Part shown: positions 1 to 8,458 of the stretch, piece by piece | How the letters are laid out: each line of letters starts with the position of its first letter | Numbering within the stretch: position 1 is the first letter of the stretch | NCBI GenBank assembly: GCA_964557285.1 | Contig: CAZKZS010000005.1 | Span: forward strand, 1 to 44,436 | Direction of reading: 5' to 3' | Length of the DNA: 44,436 nucleotides | DNA from: an uncultured Anaerolineae bacterium | Lineage (GTDB): Bacteria > Chloroflexota > Anaerolineae > Aggregatilineales > J027 | The notes under the pieces: model-generated | What the model saw: the letters and a program-made list of their open reading frames with translations, nothing else | What the model was told of the DNA's origin: nothing | Database searches by the model: none | Program-made: the position numbers and the translations under genes

Positions 1-1582
1 CCGCCTGAATAATGGCATGTGTGCCAAAAACTACATGAATCTGACCACTGGCTAACCCTTCATAAATGATGCGGCGTTCACTTTCAGGAATGTCGCTGGT
101 CAGCAGGGCAGATTGGGCGTGTTCCAGACCGGGGAACTGTTGGAGCAGTCCCGCCAGTTTCTGGTAATGCTGCTCAGCCAGAATACCCGTTGGCGCCATC
201 ATGGCGGCCTGCTTACCATTCAAAACCGCCACTGCCAGCGCAATCGCCGCCACGATGGTTTTTCCCGACCCTACATCCCCTTGCAGCAGACGGTTCATCG
301 GCACATTTCGTGCTATGTCGCTGAGGATTGTGGAAATGGCATTGTCCTGTGCGCCTGTAAGCTGGAAGGGCAGTCCGGCTTTGACCGTATTCAGCCATTC
401 CTCAGAGACCGCGAGTGGCTGCCCCGGTTGTGAGTGCCATATCCGGCGGTTGCCCATGACACTTAACTGCAAGGTCAGCAGTTCATCAAAGGCCAGCCGT
501 TCTCTGGCAAATTCCAGAAAATCCATGTTTTCCGGAAAGTGCATCTGCCGGATAGCCCAGTTCAGGTCAACCTGTTCCGCCCGTTCACGCACATCGGGGG
601 GCAAAATGTCCGGCACTAAATCCGTATAGGTATCAACGACCTTTTTCATGATACGGCGCATGGTGCGGGCGCTGATTCCTTTAGTCAGGGGATACACTGG
701 AACAAGGCCACCGGTATGCAAACTTTTCTGGTCAATTGGCTCCCATTCAGGATTGGTCAGCGTGATACGCCCCTGAAACTGTCCGGTTTGGCCGCTAAAT
801 ACAAGCTGCATCCCCGGTTTAATCTGCCGTTTCAGCCATTCCTGCCCAAAAAAGCTCACTTCAATCGCTGCGGTGCTATCTTCCACAACAAAAACCAGCA
901 CGGTACGGTTGCCGGGCATTTTCCGTTCGGACATGCGCCGCACTGTCCCAATCACGGTGACGTTTTCTTTCGGTTTCAGGCGATTCAGAGGGAGGAGTTT
1001 GGTGTAATCGTCGTAGCGGCGCGGGAATACATATAGCAAATCCCGAATTGTGGCCGGCCCCAGACGTGCTAACTTTTCGGCCATTTTTTCCCCAATACCG
1101 GATAACACCGTCAGGGGCTGGTCAAGGATTTTCAGGTTTTCCAGTGCCGTTTCATCATCCACAGGGGGATGTTTGCGGAAACGGGGTTTGGATTTTCTGG
1201 GAACCGGAGGTTTTTCTTCGGGCGGTTTCACTTCTTCCCGTTTTACTGGCTGGGGGGGGAGTACCTCCTGGGGCGGGGTTTCATAGGGAGCGCTTTCCAC
1301 TTTGTACTGCGGACGTGCCTCCACGCGGCGGGTAATCCGGTCTAAGACGTACTGCGCCAGGTCGCGCCGTTGATCCATATTTTCGGTCTGCTGGTACTCG
1401 TGAATGACCAGCAGAATCTCCTCAATGAGCGCGTGCTGTTCGGGGCGCTTGGCTTCATTGTGGGCTTCCTTCGCCCAGTTGGGGCCATACGCTTCCAGCC
1501 CTCCATGTACTGCCCGGTTGGTATAGCCGTTTTGCTGTTCCAGCCGCACAATTTTTATTAAAGTTTCTAATGCAGAAGGCAT
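1..1582 (-). CDS. recG: ATP-dependent DNA helicase RecG, 5' part only (C-terminus lies beyond the left window edge)
   Basis: Missing from the ORF track because it is open at position 1. Hand translation of the minus strand from ATG 1582-1580 is stop-free to position 1. It reads ...LTVLSGIGEKMAEKLARLGPATIRDLLYVFPRRY... (RecG N-terminal/wedge region), FQLTGAQDNAI, Walker A LLQGDVGSGKT and AMMAPTGILAEQH. The start overlaps the stop of the upstream DegV gene (ATGA). Confidence 0.9.
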   Translation of the reverse strand, partial: MPSALETLIKIVRLEQQNGYTNRAVHGGLEAYGPNWAKEAHNEAKRPEQHALIEEILLVIHEYQQTENMDQRRDLAQYVLDRITRRVEARPQYKVESAPYETPPQEVLPPQPVKREEVKPPEEKPPVPRKSKPRFRKHPPVDDETALENLKILDQPLTVLSGIGEKMAEKLARLGPATIRDLLYVFPRRYDDYTKLLPLNRLKPKENVTVIGTVRRMSERKMPGNRTVLVFVVEDSTAAIEVSFFGQEWLKRQIKPGMQLVFSGQTGQFQGRITLTNPEWEPIDQKSLHTGGLVPVYPLTKGISARTMRRIMKKVVDTYTDLVPDILPPDVRERAEQVDLNWAIRQMHFPENMDFLEFARERLAFDELLTLQLSVMGNRRIWHSQPGQPLAVSEEWLNTVKAGLPFQLTGAQDNAISTILSDIARNVPMNRLLQGDVGSGKTIVAAIALAVAVLNGKQAAMMAPTGILAEQHYQKLAGLLQQFPGLEHAQSALLTSDIPESERRIIYEGLASGQIHVVFGTHAIIQA

Positions 1583-2421
1583 CAGGATTTCTTCCTTAGT
1601 GTGGCTACTCCCAGACCGCCGGGGCCGAAATGAATGGCGATGGCGGACGATGCCCACAGAGTCAGGATGTGGGGGGGAGCAATATCTTTGAGTTCATGTT
1701 CCATTTGTTGAGCAAGTTCGGGGTTATCCAGATGTAAAATTGCCAGCCGTTCCAGGGGGGCTTCATGGCGGGCTTTGGCGACCAGTTCCTTCAGCGCATT
1801 TTTGAAGGTACGGACTCGCCCATCCTGAGAAATTGCCCCATCTTTCACGATGACCAGCGGTTTAATTTGCAGGAGATTTCCCATCCCCGCGACCAGCCAG
1901 TTAATCCGCCCACTGCGGCGCAAAAAATCCAGGGTTTCGGGTGCTGCCCACAGCGTCGCCCGCTTTTTTGCGGATTCTACTTCTTCCAGAATCGTTTGCA
2001 GGTCAGCCCCCTGTTCGACCATTTCTGCCGCCATAATCACAATCCATCCCGCAGCCATGCTAACCACGCCTGTATCCACCACCGTGATTTTTTCCGGTGC
2101 AACCGCTTTAGCGGCCACCAGAGCGCTGCTAAAAATGCCGCTAAAATTGCTGGAAAGATGGAAGGAAATTACATGGTCGGCTTCCTGTAACAGTTCTTCG
2201 TAAATAATTTTGGCTTCCCCTGGGGGGAAGGCCGCCGTCGTGGGGGTAATCGTCGAGGTTCGCAGACGCTGATAAAAATCTTCTTTTGTGATGCTGACTC
2301 CATCATCCTTAAAACTTTCCAGCCCAAATTGAATATAAGCGGGCAGTTTACGGATGTTGTACCGACTGAGCAGATTTTCCGGCACGTCACAGGTACTGTC
2401 AGCCACCAGACGGATACACAT
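1582..2421 (-). CDS. DegV family fatty-acid-binding protein (FakB-like)
   Basis: 279-aa ORF with the DegV pattern: N-terminal IRLVADSTCDVP, TTAAFPPGE and HLSSNFSGIFSSA (the S-S-x-x-S-G motif region). TAATG overlap with the preceding DegV gene at 2421. Confidence 0.85.
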   Translation of the reverse strand: MCIRLVADSTCDVPENLLSRYNIRKLPAYIQFGLESFKDDGVSITKEDFYQRLRTSTITPTTAAFPPGEAKIIYEELLQEADHVISFHLSSNFSGIFSSALVAAKAVAPEKITVVDTGVVSMAAGWIVIMAAEMVEQGADLQTILEEVESAKKRATLWAAPETLDFLRRSGRINWLVAGMGNLLQIKPLVIVKDGAISQDGRVRTFKNALKELVAKARHEAPLERLAILHLDNPELAQQMEHELKDIAPPHILTLWASSAIAIHFGPGGLGVATLRKKS

Positions 2422-3305
2422 TAAAAATGATCCTCATCATCATTTTCCCCCTCCAGCACAAACAGGCCAGTAGCATCCGGCCCCAGGAACGACGCCAGCG
2501 TTGGCCCATAAAACAGCGTGGGGAAATTTCGCCGTGAAAGATGGGCGGCTAGCCTGTCCTGTAAAATTCGCACCGCTTCCGTCGTAAACGGTGAATTTTG
2601 AACAATAATTAACTTATCAATCGATTCAAATTCTGCTACATATTCTACCAACTTATCAATTGCCTGGGCGCGGCTGCGAACTTTTTCCATGGTCAGCAAA
2701 GTGCCATCCTCAATGGTCAAAAAGGGTTTAATGCCAAGCATAGTCCCCAGAACCGCCTGTGATTCGCTGATAAGGGCATGTTGTTGAATAGTTTTCAGGG
2801 AATCCACATAAAAAATACAATAAGTGCGAGAAACCGCCCCGCGTACCATTCGCACAATTTCATCAAACGAGTCGCCCTGTTCAACCGCCTGAGCCGCCAG
2901 TTCAACTAACATACCCAATCCGGCGCTGGTCGTTTTGCTGTCGATCACCGCCACGTCACAGCGCCCCATGACGGACTGTGAGGCGATTTTGGCATTATCC
3001 CATGAACGACCCATTGAGCGCGAATGATGCAGCGAAATGACTTTATCGGTTTCCTGTGCCAGACGGGTATAAATTTCGGTATACTGTTCAATGGTGGGGC
3101 TGTGGATCACAGGTGTGGGGATATTATCCCGACTCATGTGCCGCGAATAGGCTTCTGCATCCATTTCCAGCCGTTCAAGATAACTTTCTGTGCCAAAGTC
3201 AATACGCTGTGGGGCAATCAGGATGTTATACCGGTTGAGGATGGAAGGGGATGCAAAATCCGCCGCGCTGTCCACCACGACCCGAATTTTGCCCACGTTA
3301 TTCAA
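2421..3305 (-). CDS. DegV family protein, second paralog (FakB-like, motif partly degenerate)
   Basis: 294-aa ORF with IRVVVDSAADF, TPVIHSPTIEQY and LHHSRSMGRSWDNA in the DegV motif positions. The track start at 3305 is TTG and overlaps the DAK2 gene by 8 nt. GTG at 3296, just after the upstream stop, is an alternative start. Confidence 0.8.
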   Translation of the reverse strand: MNNVGKIRVVVDSAADFASPSILNRYNILIAPQRIDFGTESYLERLEMDAEAYSRHMSRDNIPTPVIHSPTIEQYTEIYTRLAQETDKVISLHHSRSMGRSWDNAKIASQSVMGRCDVAVIDSKTTSAGLGMLVELAAQAVEQGDSFDEIVRMVRGAVSRTYCIFYVDSLKTIQQHALISESQAVLGTMLGIKPFLTIEDGTLLTMEKVRSRAQAIDKLVEYVAEFESIDKLIIVQNSPFTTEAVRILQDRLAAHLSRRNFPTLFYGPTLASFLGPDATGLFVLEGENDDEDHF

Positions 3306-4971
3306 TCCCTAAAATGTAATAATAGTGGGGCTGACCGCCGTACACGGCCACAAATTCCAGAGTGTCGTATTTTTCACTTAATCTCTCGACCAGGGTTTCA
3401 ACGTTCTGAGGGGTAACTTCTGCTCCGTAATACAACGTCACCAGTTCGGCCTCATCCAGATTCGCCTCCTGAAGTACCCCTTCGACCACTTCTGAAAGTT
3501 CATCTCCGGCGCGGCGGATTTTCCCATCCACAATGCCGATATACTGTCCGTTTTTAACCTTTACCCCATCCAATTCAACCGTATCAATGGCTCTCGTGAT
3601 TTCGCCTGTGGTGATATTGTCTTTGGCTTCGGTCATGGCCGCCGTAATTTCTTCAAGGTCGCCATCGGGAAGGTAGGACAACATAGCCGCTACGCCCTGC
3701 GGGAAAGTACGGGTCGGCACAATCTCAACATCCATATCCTCACAAATAGCGGCTGCCTGTTTTGCCGCCAGGAAAATATTTTTGTTGTTGGGCAAAACAA
3801 TCACCCGGCTGGTTTTGGTCGCCCGTATCGCTTTAACGATTTCTTCCGTGCTGGGGTTGTTGGTTTGGCCGCCTTCCACAATGCCGGAAACGCCCAGTTC
3901 AGCAAAGACCCGCGCCAGGCCATCTCCGGCGGCTACTGCAACTACCGCAATTTCACCCGGCTGTACCTGATGCAGTTTAAGTTCCGGCGGGGCAGGTTGT
4001 TTCGCTTTTTGTTCTCGCAGCAGCGCTTCATACTGTTCCTGCATATTTTCGACTACTACATCGGCAAGGATGCCCTGCTGTACCCCGTAGCTGATGGGGA
4101 TACCGGGGTCGTCTACATGAATATGCACCTTGACCAGCGTTTCACTGCCGATGATGACACCAGAGTCGCCCATCGCTTCAATATCGGCTTTGATTTTTGA
4201 AACATTTAAGCCTTCCCCTTTAATAATAAACTGTACATCATAGTTGTAGCGTTCGGCTTCAAACAGGGAAAGGTCGCGCGAAATTGCATCAATGGCGGCC
4301 TGAAATTCATCCACTTCTTCCACAGGCGCGGCCAGCATTTCGCCGTGTGCAGCCTTGAGCATCCCCTCCATGATGTACATCAACCCCGCGCCGCCGGAGT
4401 CAACCTTGCCCGCCTCCCGCAAAATTGGCAGCAGTTGAGGGGTTTTTTCTACCGCCGCCCATCCTGCCCGCACCACATGTTCCAGAAGCGCGACCAGATT
4501 GTCCTCCGTTTCATCAAAGGCTTCGGCGGCTTCAGCCATTTCTCGAATCACAGTTAAAATTGTGCCTTCGACAGGTGACTGCACCCCCTGATAGGCTTTG
4601 TCCGCCGCCGCCCGCAGCGCCAACTTTGTCCCCTTGACATCCAACGTTTCCAAATCTTTGATGGTCTGCGAAAACCCCGTCCAGATTTGGGACATGATTG
4701 TGCCGGAATTTCCGCGCGACCCCATAATTGCGCCATGTGCAATTTTACGGGCAATTTCCCCCACATGGCGGCTGGGTTCATCGGCTACTTCGCGGTAGGC
4801 ATTCTGCATGGTGAGCAGCATATTCGTGCCTGTATCGCCGTCCGGCACGGGGAAAACATTCAGGTCATTGACCGTTTTATAATTGTGTTCCAGCCAGAGT
4901 TTCCCTGCTTCCGCAAGGCGCTTAAACGTTTGCCCATCACAGGTCGTAACGTGTTGAGTCGGTTCTGTCAT
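3298..4971 (-). CDS. DAK2-domain protein of the YloV/FakA type (putative fatty acid kinase ATP-binding subunit)
   Basis: 557-aa ORF. The N-terminal Dak2 motifs VFPVPDGDTGTNM and GSRGNSGTIMSQI are present, with a long C-terminal YloV-type extension. It sits in the conserved asp23-yloV-(degV)-recG arrangement opposite rpmB. Confidence 0.85.
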   Translation of the reverse strand: MTEPTQHVTTCDGQTFKRLAEAGKLWLEHNYKTVNDLNVFPVPDGDTGTNMLLTMQNAYREVADEPSRHVGEIARKIAHGAIMGSRGNSGTIMSQIWTGFSQTIKDLETLDVKGTKLALRAAADKAYQGVQSPVEGTILTVIREMAEAAEAFDETEDNLVALLEHVVRAGWAAVEKTPQLLPILREAGKVDSGGAGLMYIMEGMLKAAHGEMLAAPVEEVDEFQAAIDAISRDLSLFEAERYNYDVQFIIKGEGLNVSKIKADIEAMGDSGVIIGSETLVKVHIHVDDPGIPISYGVQQGILADVVVENMQEQYEALLREQKAKQPAPPELKLHQVQPGEIAVVAVAAGDGLARVFAELGVSGIVEGGQTNNPSTEEIVKAIRATKTSRVIVLPNNKNIFLAAKQAAAICEDMDVEIVPTRTFPQGVAAMLSYLPDGDLEEITAAMTEAKDNITTGEITRAIDTVELDGVKVKNGQYIGIVDGKIRRAGDELSEVVEGVLQEANLDEAELVTLYYGAEVTPQNVETLVERLSEKYDTLEFVAVYGGQPHYYYILGIE

Positions 4972-4994
4972 ACCAATAATCTACCAATAAAGCC

Positions 4995-5363
4995 TTAAAT
5001 TGACTGATTGGGTGAACTCATGCGTAAATCCTGCACATGAATATTCACCTGATGCACCTTTAAGCCGGTGCTGCTTTCCACATAGTAGCGTATCGAATTG
5101 ATAAGACTGTTAGCAACACTGGCGATATTCGTCCCATATTCAATGACCACATAGACATCAATCGTAAGGGACTGGTCATTTTCGTCAATAGTCACCTTCA
5201 CGCCGCGATTGGGGTCGCGGGTAATGGTGGCGGCAATCCCTCTCGCACGAGTCGAAGTGGTCATGCCGACCACACCATAGGTATGAGTCGTGGCATAACT
5301 GACCAGCGACCCAATTGTCTGTTTGGAGATTTCAATCATCCCTGAATCTGTGTGCTGAACCAT
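4995..5363 (-). CDS. Asp23/Gls24 family envelope-stress (alkaline shock) protein
   Basis: 122-aa ORF with an Asp23-like sequence (GMIEISKQTIGSLVSYATTHTYGVVGM ... VKVTIDENDQSLTIDVYVVIEYGTNIASVANSLI). It has the typical position upstream of the DAK2 gene. Confidence 0.85.
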   Translation of the reverse strand: MVQHTDSGMIEISKQTIGSLVSYATTHTYGVVGMTTSTRARGIAATITRDPNRGVKVTIDENDQSLTIDVYVVIEYGTNIASVANSLINSIRYYVESSTGLKVHQVNIHVQDLRMSSPNQSI

Positions 5364-5381
5364 GACTGAACAACTCTCATA

Positions 5382-5411
5382 TTGATTTTCAGCCTCTCTC
5401 TATGGTAGCAT
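5382..5411 (+). promoter_or_regulatory. Candidate sigma-70 type promoter for rpmB
   Basis: TTGATT (5382-5387), 18 nt, then TGgTAGCAT (extended -10, hexamer 5406-5411), about 35 nt upstream of the rpmB ATG. Sequence match only. Confidence 0.3.
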
Positions 5412-5445
5412 GACCTGGTTGCACCTGGAGAGAGAGATTTTAACG

Positions 5446-5628
5446 ATGGCTAAGTGTGAATACTGTGGTAAGCATACCCAATTTGGGCGCAACAAGAGCT
5501 TTTCGCAAAAGCGAACGCCACGTACTTTCCGTCCTAATCTTCAAAAGACGAAAGTGATTGAAGATGGCAAACTCGTCAAGCGTACCCTTTGTACTCAGTG
5601 TATCCGCACCGTGTCCAAAATGGACTAA
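5446..5628 (+). CDS. rpmB: 50S ribosomal protein L28
   Basis: MAKCEYCGKHTQFGRNKSFSQKRTPRTFRPNLQK... is a clear L28 sequence. ATG 5446 is preceded by GGAGAGAGAG. The track ORF start at 5410 adds 12 unlikely residues. Confidence 0.9.
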   Translation: MAKCEYCGKHTQFGRNKSFSQKRTPRTFRPNLQKTKVIEDGKLVKRTLCTQCIRTVSKMD

Positions 5629-5650
5629 AGCCGTGCTAACCACATAAGAA

Positions 5651-5684
5651 GCGCCGGAGCATTACCGCCCGGCGTTTTTGTTTT
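5651..5684 (+). terminator. Intrinsic terminator of rpmB, embedded in the 3' end of convergent rpe
   Basis: Stem CGCCGG (5652-5657) / CCGGCG (5669-5674) with an 11-nt loop, followed by TTTTTGTTTT. The right arm and T-tract overlap the last codons of rpe. Confidence 0.5.
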
Positions 5685-6327
5685 CTAAGGCTTCCCGCAG
5701 CAGGTTCATACTCGCCCGGATGCCCTGTGCTGCCCCAAAAACCGATGACCCCGCCACCATCACATTGGCCCCGTGTTCAAACGCCGTGTGAATCGTGCTG
5801 GCATCAATGCCCCCATCCACCAGAATGTCGATATTTCCGGCCATCTGCCGAATCTGTCGCAGTTTGGGCAGGGTTTCGGGCAAAAATGCCTGTCCGCCTG
5901 CCCCCGGATTCACGGTCATCACCACAATTTCATCCAGCAGGGGCAGCACTTCCTGAATCATCACGGCGGGCGTATGGGGATTCAACGCCACACCCGCTTT
6001 TAGCCCCAGTTTTTTAATCTGCTGTAAGGTGGCGTGAAGATGAGGGCAGGCTTCAACATGCACACTGATGGACACCGCGCCCGCTTTTGCCATTTTTTCA
6101 AGCTGATGGTCCGGCTCAACAATCATCAAATGCACATCCAGAGGCAGGGTCGTTACCCGCCGCGCCGCTTCGACCACCAGAGCGCCAAAGGAAATATTAG
6201 GTACAAATCGCCCGTCCATCACATCAATGTGAATCCAGTCTGCGCCGCTGGCTTCCGCCTCACGGATTTGCTCCCCCAGCCGGGTAAAATCCGCCGCTAA
6301 AATCGAAGGGGCGAGTTTAATCTTCAC
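5662..6327 (-). CDS. rpe: Ribulose-phosphate 3-epimerase
   Basis: 221-aa ORF with APSILAADF, HIDVMDGRFVPNISFG, VHLMIVEP, MTVNPGAGGQAF and VDGGI. GTG start at 6327. Confidence 0.9.
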   Translation of the reverse strand: MKIKLAPSILAADFTRLGEQIREAEASGADWIHIDVMDGRFVPNISFGALVVEAARRVTTLPLDVHLMIVEPDHQLEKMAKAGAVSISVHVEACPHLHATLQQIKKLGLKAGVALNPHTPAVMIQEVLPLLDEIVVMTVNPGAGGQAFLPETLPKLRQIRQMAGNIDILVDGGIDASTIHTAFEHGANVMVAGSSVFGAAQGIRASMNLLREALENKNAGR

Positions 6328-6399
6328 AAAAAATTCCCTATCAAATGTAGGGAGCTATGTTACATTTTATAACAGGAAAAATCAATAAATCGCCGCCAT

Positions 6400-7170
6400 A
6401 TGATTGAAGTCGAACATCTAAGCAAAACCTTCAAAAAATTTGAAGCCGTCAAAGACATTTCCTTTACTGCCCACGATGGAGAGGTTTTTGGGCTGCTGGG
6501 GCCAAACGGGGCAGGCAAAACCACCACGCTGCGAATGTTATCTACCGTCGTGACCCCAACGGCAGGAACGGCTCATATTCACGGCTATGATATTCGTCAT
6601 CAAAAAAATGAAGTGCGCTCTCACCTGGGGATTCTGGTCGAAAGCGCGGGATTATATGCTCATTCCACCACCCGCGAACATCTGCGTTTTATCGGGAATC
6701 TGCATGGCCTGAACGGAAACGGGCTGGAAAAACGTATCCGCGAGTTGATTGATGCGCTGGGCATGGGTGACTTTGCCGACAGACGGGCGGAAGGGTTTTC
6801 ACGCGGAATGGTGCGGAAGGTCGTGATGGGTATGGCACTGGTTCATAACCCGCCCAACGTCATTTTGGACGAGCCGACTCAGGGGCTGGATGTGGTCAGC
6901 ACCCGCGCCGTGCGTGAAATTATCCTGAAATTTAAAGCGGAGGGGCGCTGTGTGATTCTCAGCACGCATCATATGGATGAAGTCGAGCGCCTATGTGATC
7001 GGGTAGCGATTATTCACCGGGGACAGATTCTGGAAAGCGGCCGACCGCAGGCACTGGTTGAAAAATACCGTGCGGATAACCTGGAAGCGGCGTTTGTAGA
7101 AATTGTCGGCGCAGAAGCCCTGCTCGCCGAAGCCGAACGTGAAGTCCAACAGCATAAGGGTAAATCCTGA
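6400..7170 (+). CDS. ABC transporter ATP-binding protein (ABC-2/NatA-like subfamily)
   Basis: Walker A GLLGPNGAGKTT, signature-like FSRGMVRKV, Walker B VILDEPTQGLD and H-loop STHHMDE. The stop TGA 7168-7170 overlaps the ATG of the permease gene. Confidence 0.9.
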   Translation: MIEVEHLSKTFKKFEAVKDISFTAHDGEVFGLLGPNGAGKTTTLRMLSTVVTPTAGTAHIHGYDIRHQKNEVRSHLGILVESAGLYAHSTTREHLRFIGNLHGLNGNGLEKRIRELIDALGMGDFADRRAEGFSRGMVRKVVMGMALVHNPPNVILDEPTQGLDVVSTRAVREIILKFKAEGRCVILSTHHMDEVERLCDRVAIIHRGQILESGRPQALVEKYRADNLEAAFVEIVGAEALLAEAEREVQQHKGKS

Positions 7171-8402
7171 TGCGCCTCTGGGATGTATACCGGATTGTCT
7201 TTCGGAAGGAATTTCGGGAACTGCTGCGTGACCGCCGTTCGCTGTTCTGGTTATTTGCCCCACCGATTATCCTGCCGGGAATCGCGCTGTGTGCGGGGAT
7301 TTTTATCGGCACACAGGCGATTCGGATTGCCAGTGAAGGCTTTCCGGTAGTGGTCGAAAATGCCGATGAAGCGCCCGAACTGGTGCAGCGTCTGGCCGAT
7401 GAGGATAGCCTAGTACTGCTGGATGATGAAACACAGGAGGAAGCCGTCCTCATAATCACCCTGCCGGAAGATTTTCAGGAACGGCTGGCAAATCACGAAA
7501 CGGCCAGCATCAGCCTAACCAGCCGCAACAATTCGCTCATCACCTTTGTCGGTAAAACCGTCGTGCGCGGCGTGATTGATGCCTACAACGAGGATTTGTT
7601 AGATCAACGGCTGGCATCCCGCAGCCTGACCCGCGAATGGCTTACACCGATTCAGATTGGGGAGCGCACCGAAACTGAAACCGTAGGCAGCGACGAGAAC
7701 GGCGGCGGGCGAAGTGTGCTGGCGACGATTTTTTTGCCTCTGGCGGTGACTTCCTGGCTGCTGGGCGGTGGTATGGGATTGGTATTGGATTCTACCGTCG
7801 GGGAAAAAGAACGGCAGACGATTGAAAATTTACTCGTCACCCCTGCCAGCCGCGTTGGAATTGTCCTGGGCAAAATGACCGTAATTTTTATTGCATCCAT
7901 GGCCGTAATGAGTTTATGGCTGGTGGAAGGGGTGCTGTTGAATGCGCTTGGCAGCGCGGGGTCGGAAATTTCAGGCAGCCTCAGCACCGCCGACCTGCTG
8001 ACTCTCCTGCTGGTTAGTGGCAGCAGTGTACTGGGATTAATAACGGCGCTGGTGGTGCTGGTGGTTCCGTTTACTGTGATGCTCAACGCGCTGGTGATGG
8101 CGTGGTGTGCCTATGCTGCCAACTACCGGGAAGCCAATCTATTTATGGCGTTGATTCAATTGGGGCTGCCTGCCAGCGTTCTGCTGACCATTTTTAGCCT
8201 GCCGCCGGATATTGCTGACCCGATTTATGCTATCCCCTTTTTTGGCACTATCGTCGGAATCCGTGATTTATTCAGTCAATCGCTTTCTACAACGGCGTTG
8301 TTGATTTGTTTTGTGACCAGTACAGTCTATGCCGCCGCCGCGATTATCTTTGCCGCGTGGATGTTCGGGCGGGAATGGTCATTAACACGGGGTTTGCAGT
8401 AA
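7170..8402 (+). CDS. ABC-2 type transporter permease with a large extracytoplasmic loop (NatB-like architecture)
   Basis: 410-aa ORF. One N-terminal TM helix is followed by a hydrophilic segment of roughly 130 aa and then a C-terminal bundle of hydrophobic helices. It is translationally coupled to the ATPase. Confidence 0.75.
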   Translation: MRLWDVYRIVFRKEFRELLRDRRSLFWLFAPPIILPGIALCAGIFIGTQAIRIASEGFPVVVENADEAPELVQRLADEDSLVLLDDETQEEAVLIITLPEDFQERLANHETASISLTSRNNSLITFVGKTVVRGVIDAYNEDLLDQRLASRSLTREWLTPIQIGERTETETVGSDENGGGRSVLATIFLPLAVTSWLLGGGMGLVLDSTVGEKERQTIENLLVTPASRVGIVLGKMTVIFIASMAVMSLWLVEGVLLNALGSAGSEISGSLSTADLLTLLLVSGSSVLGLITALVVLVVPFTVMLNALVMAWCAYAANYREANLFMALIQLGLPASVLLTIFSLPPDIADPIYAIPFFGTIVGIRDLFSQSLSTTALLICFVTSTVYAAAAIIFAAWMFGREWSLTRGLQ

Positions 8403-8458
8403 TTTGGCAAGGCCAACAACCAGTTGTAGACTACAATAGGTTTTCGATTGAGGAAATT

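Noticed and set aside
113-1561. Several 60-140-aa plus-strand ORFs (113-433, 201-629, 716-1036, 1048-1335, 1370-1561).
   Set aside because: All lie antisense to or out of frame with the uninterrupted recG reading frame, which carries unmistakable helicase motifs. Their sequences are Arg/Pro/Cys-rich and look like shadow ORFs.
5393-5438. CT-rich / GA-rich inverted repeat (CCTCTCTCT … AGAGAGAGA) that could sequester the rpmB RBS.
   Set aside because: If the candidate promoter (-10 at 5406-5411) is right, the left arm is not transcribed. The loop would be about 28 nt, and homopurine/homopyrimidine pairing arises easily by chance.
8306-8458. Upstream extension of membrane gene A (track start 8306, MFCDQYSLCRRRDYLC…).
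   Set aside because: The extension overlaps the last 97 nt of the ABC permease gene, is Cys/Arg-rich, and is not matched in paralog C. ATG 8459 has a GAGGAA RBS.
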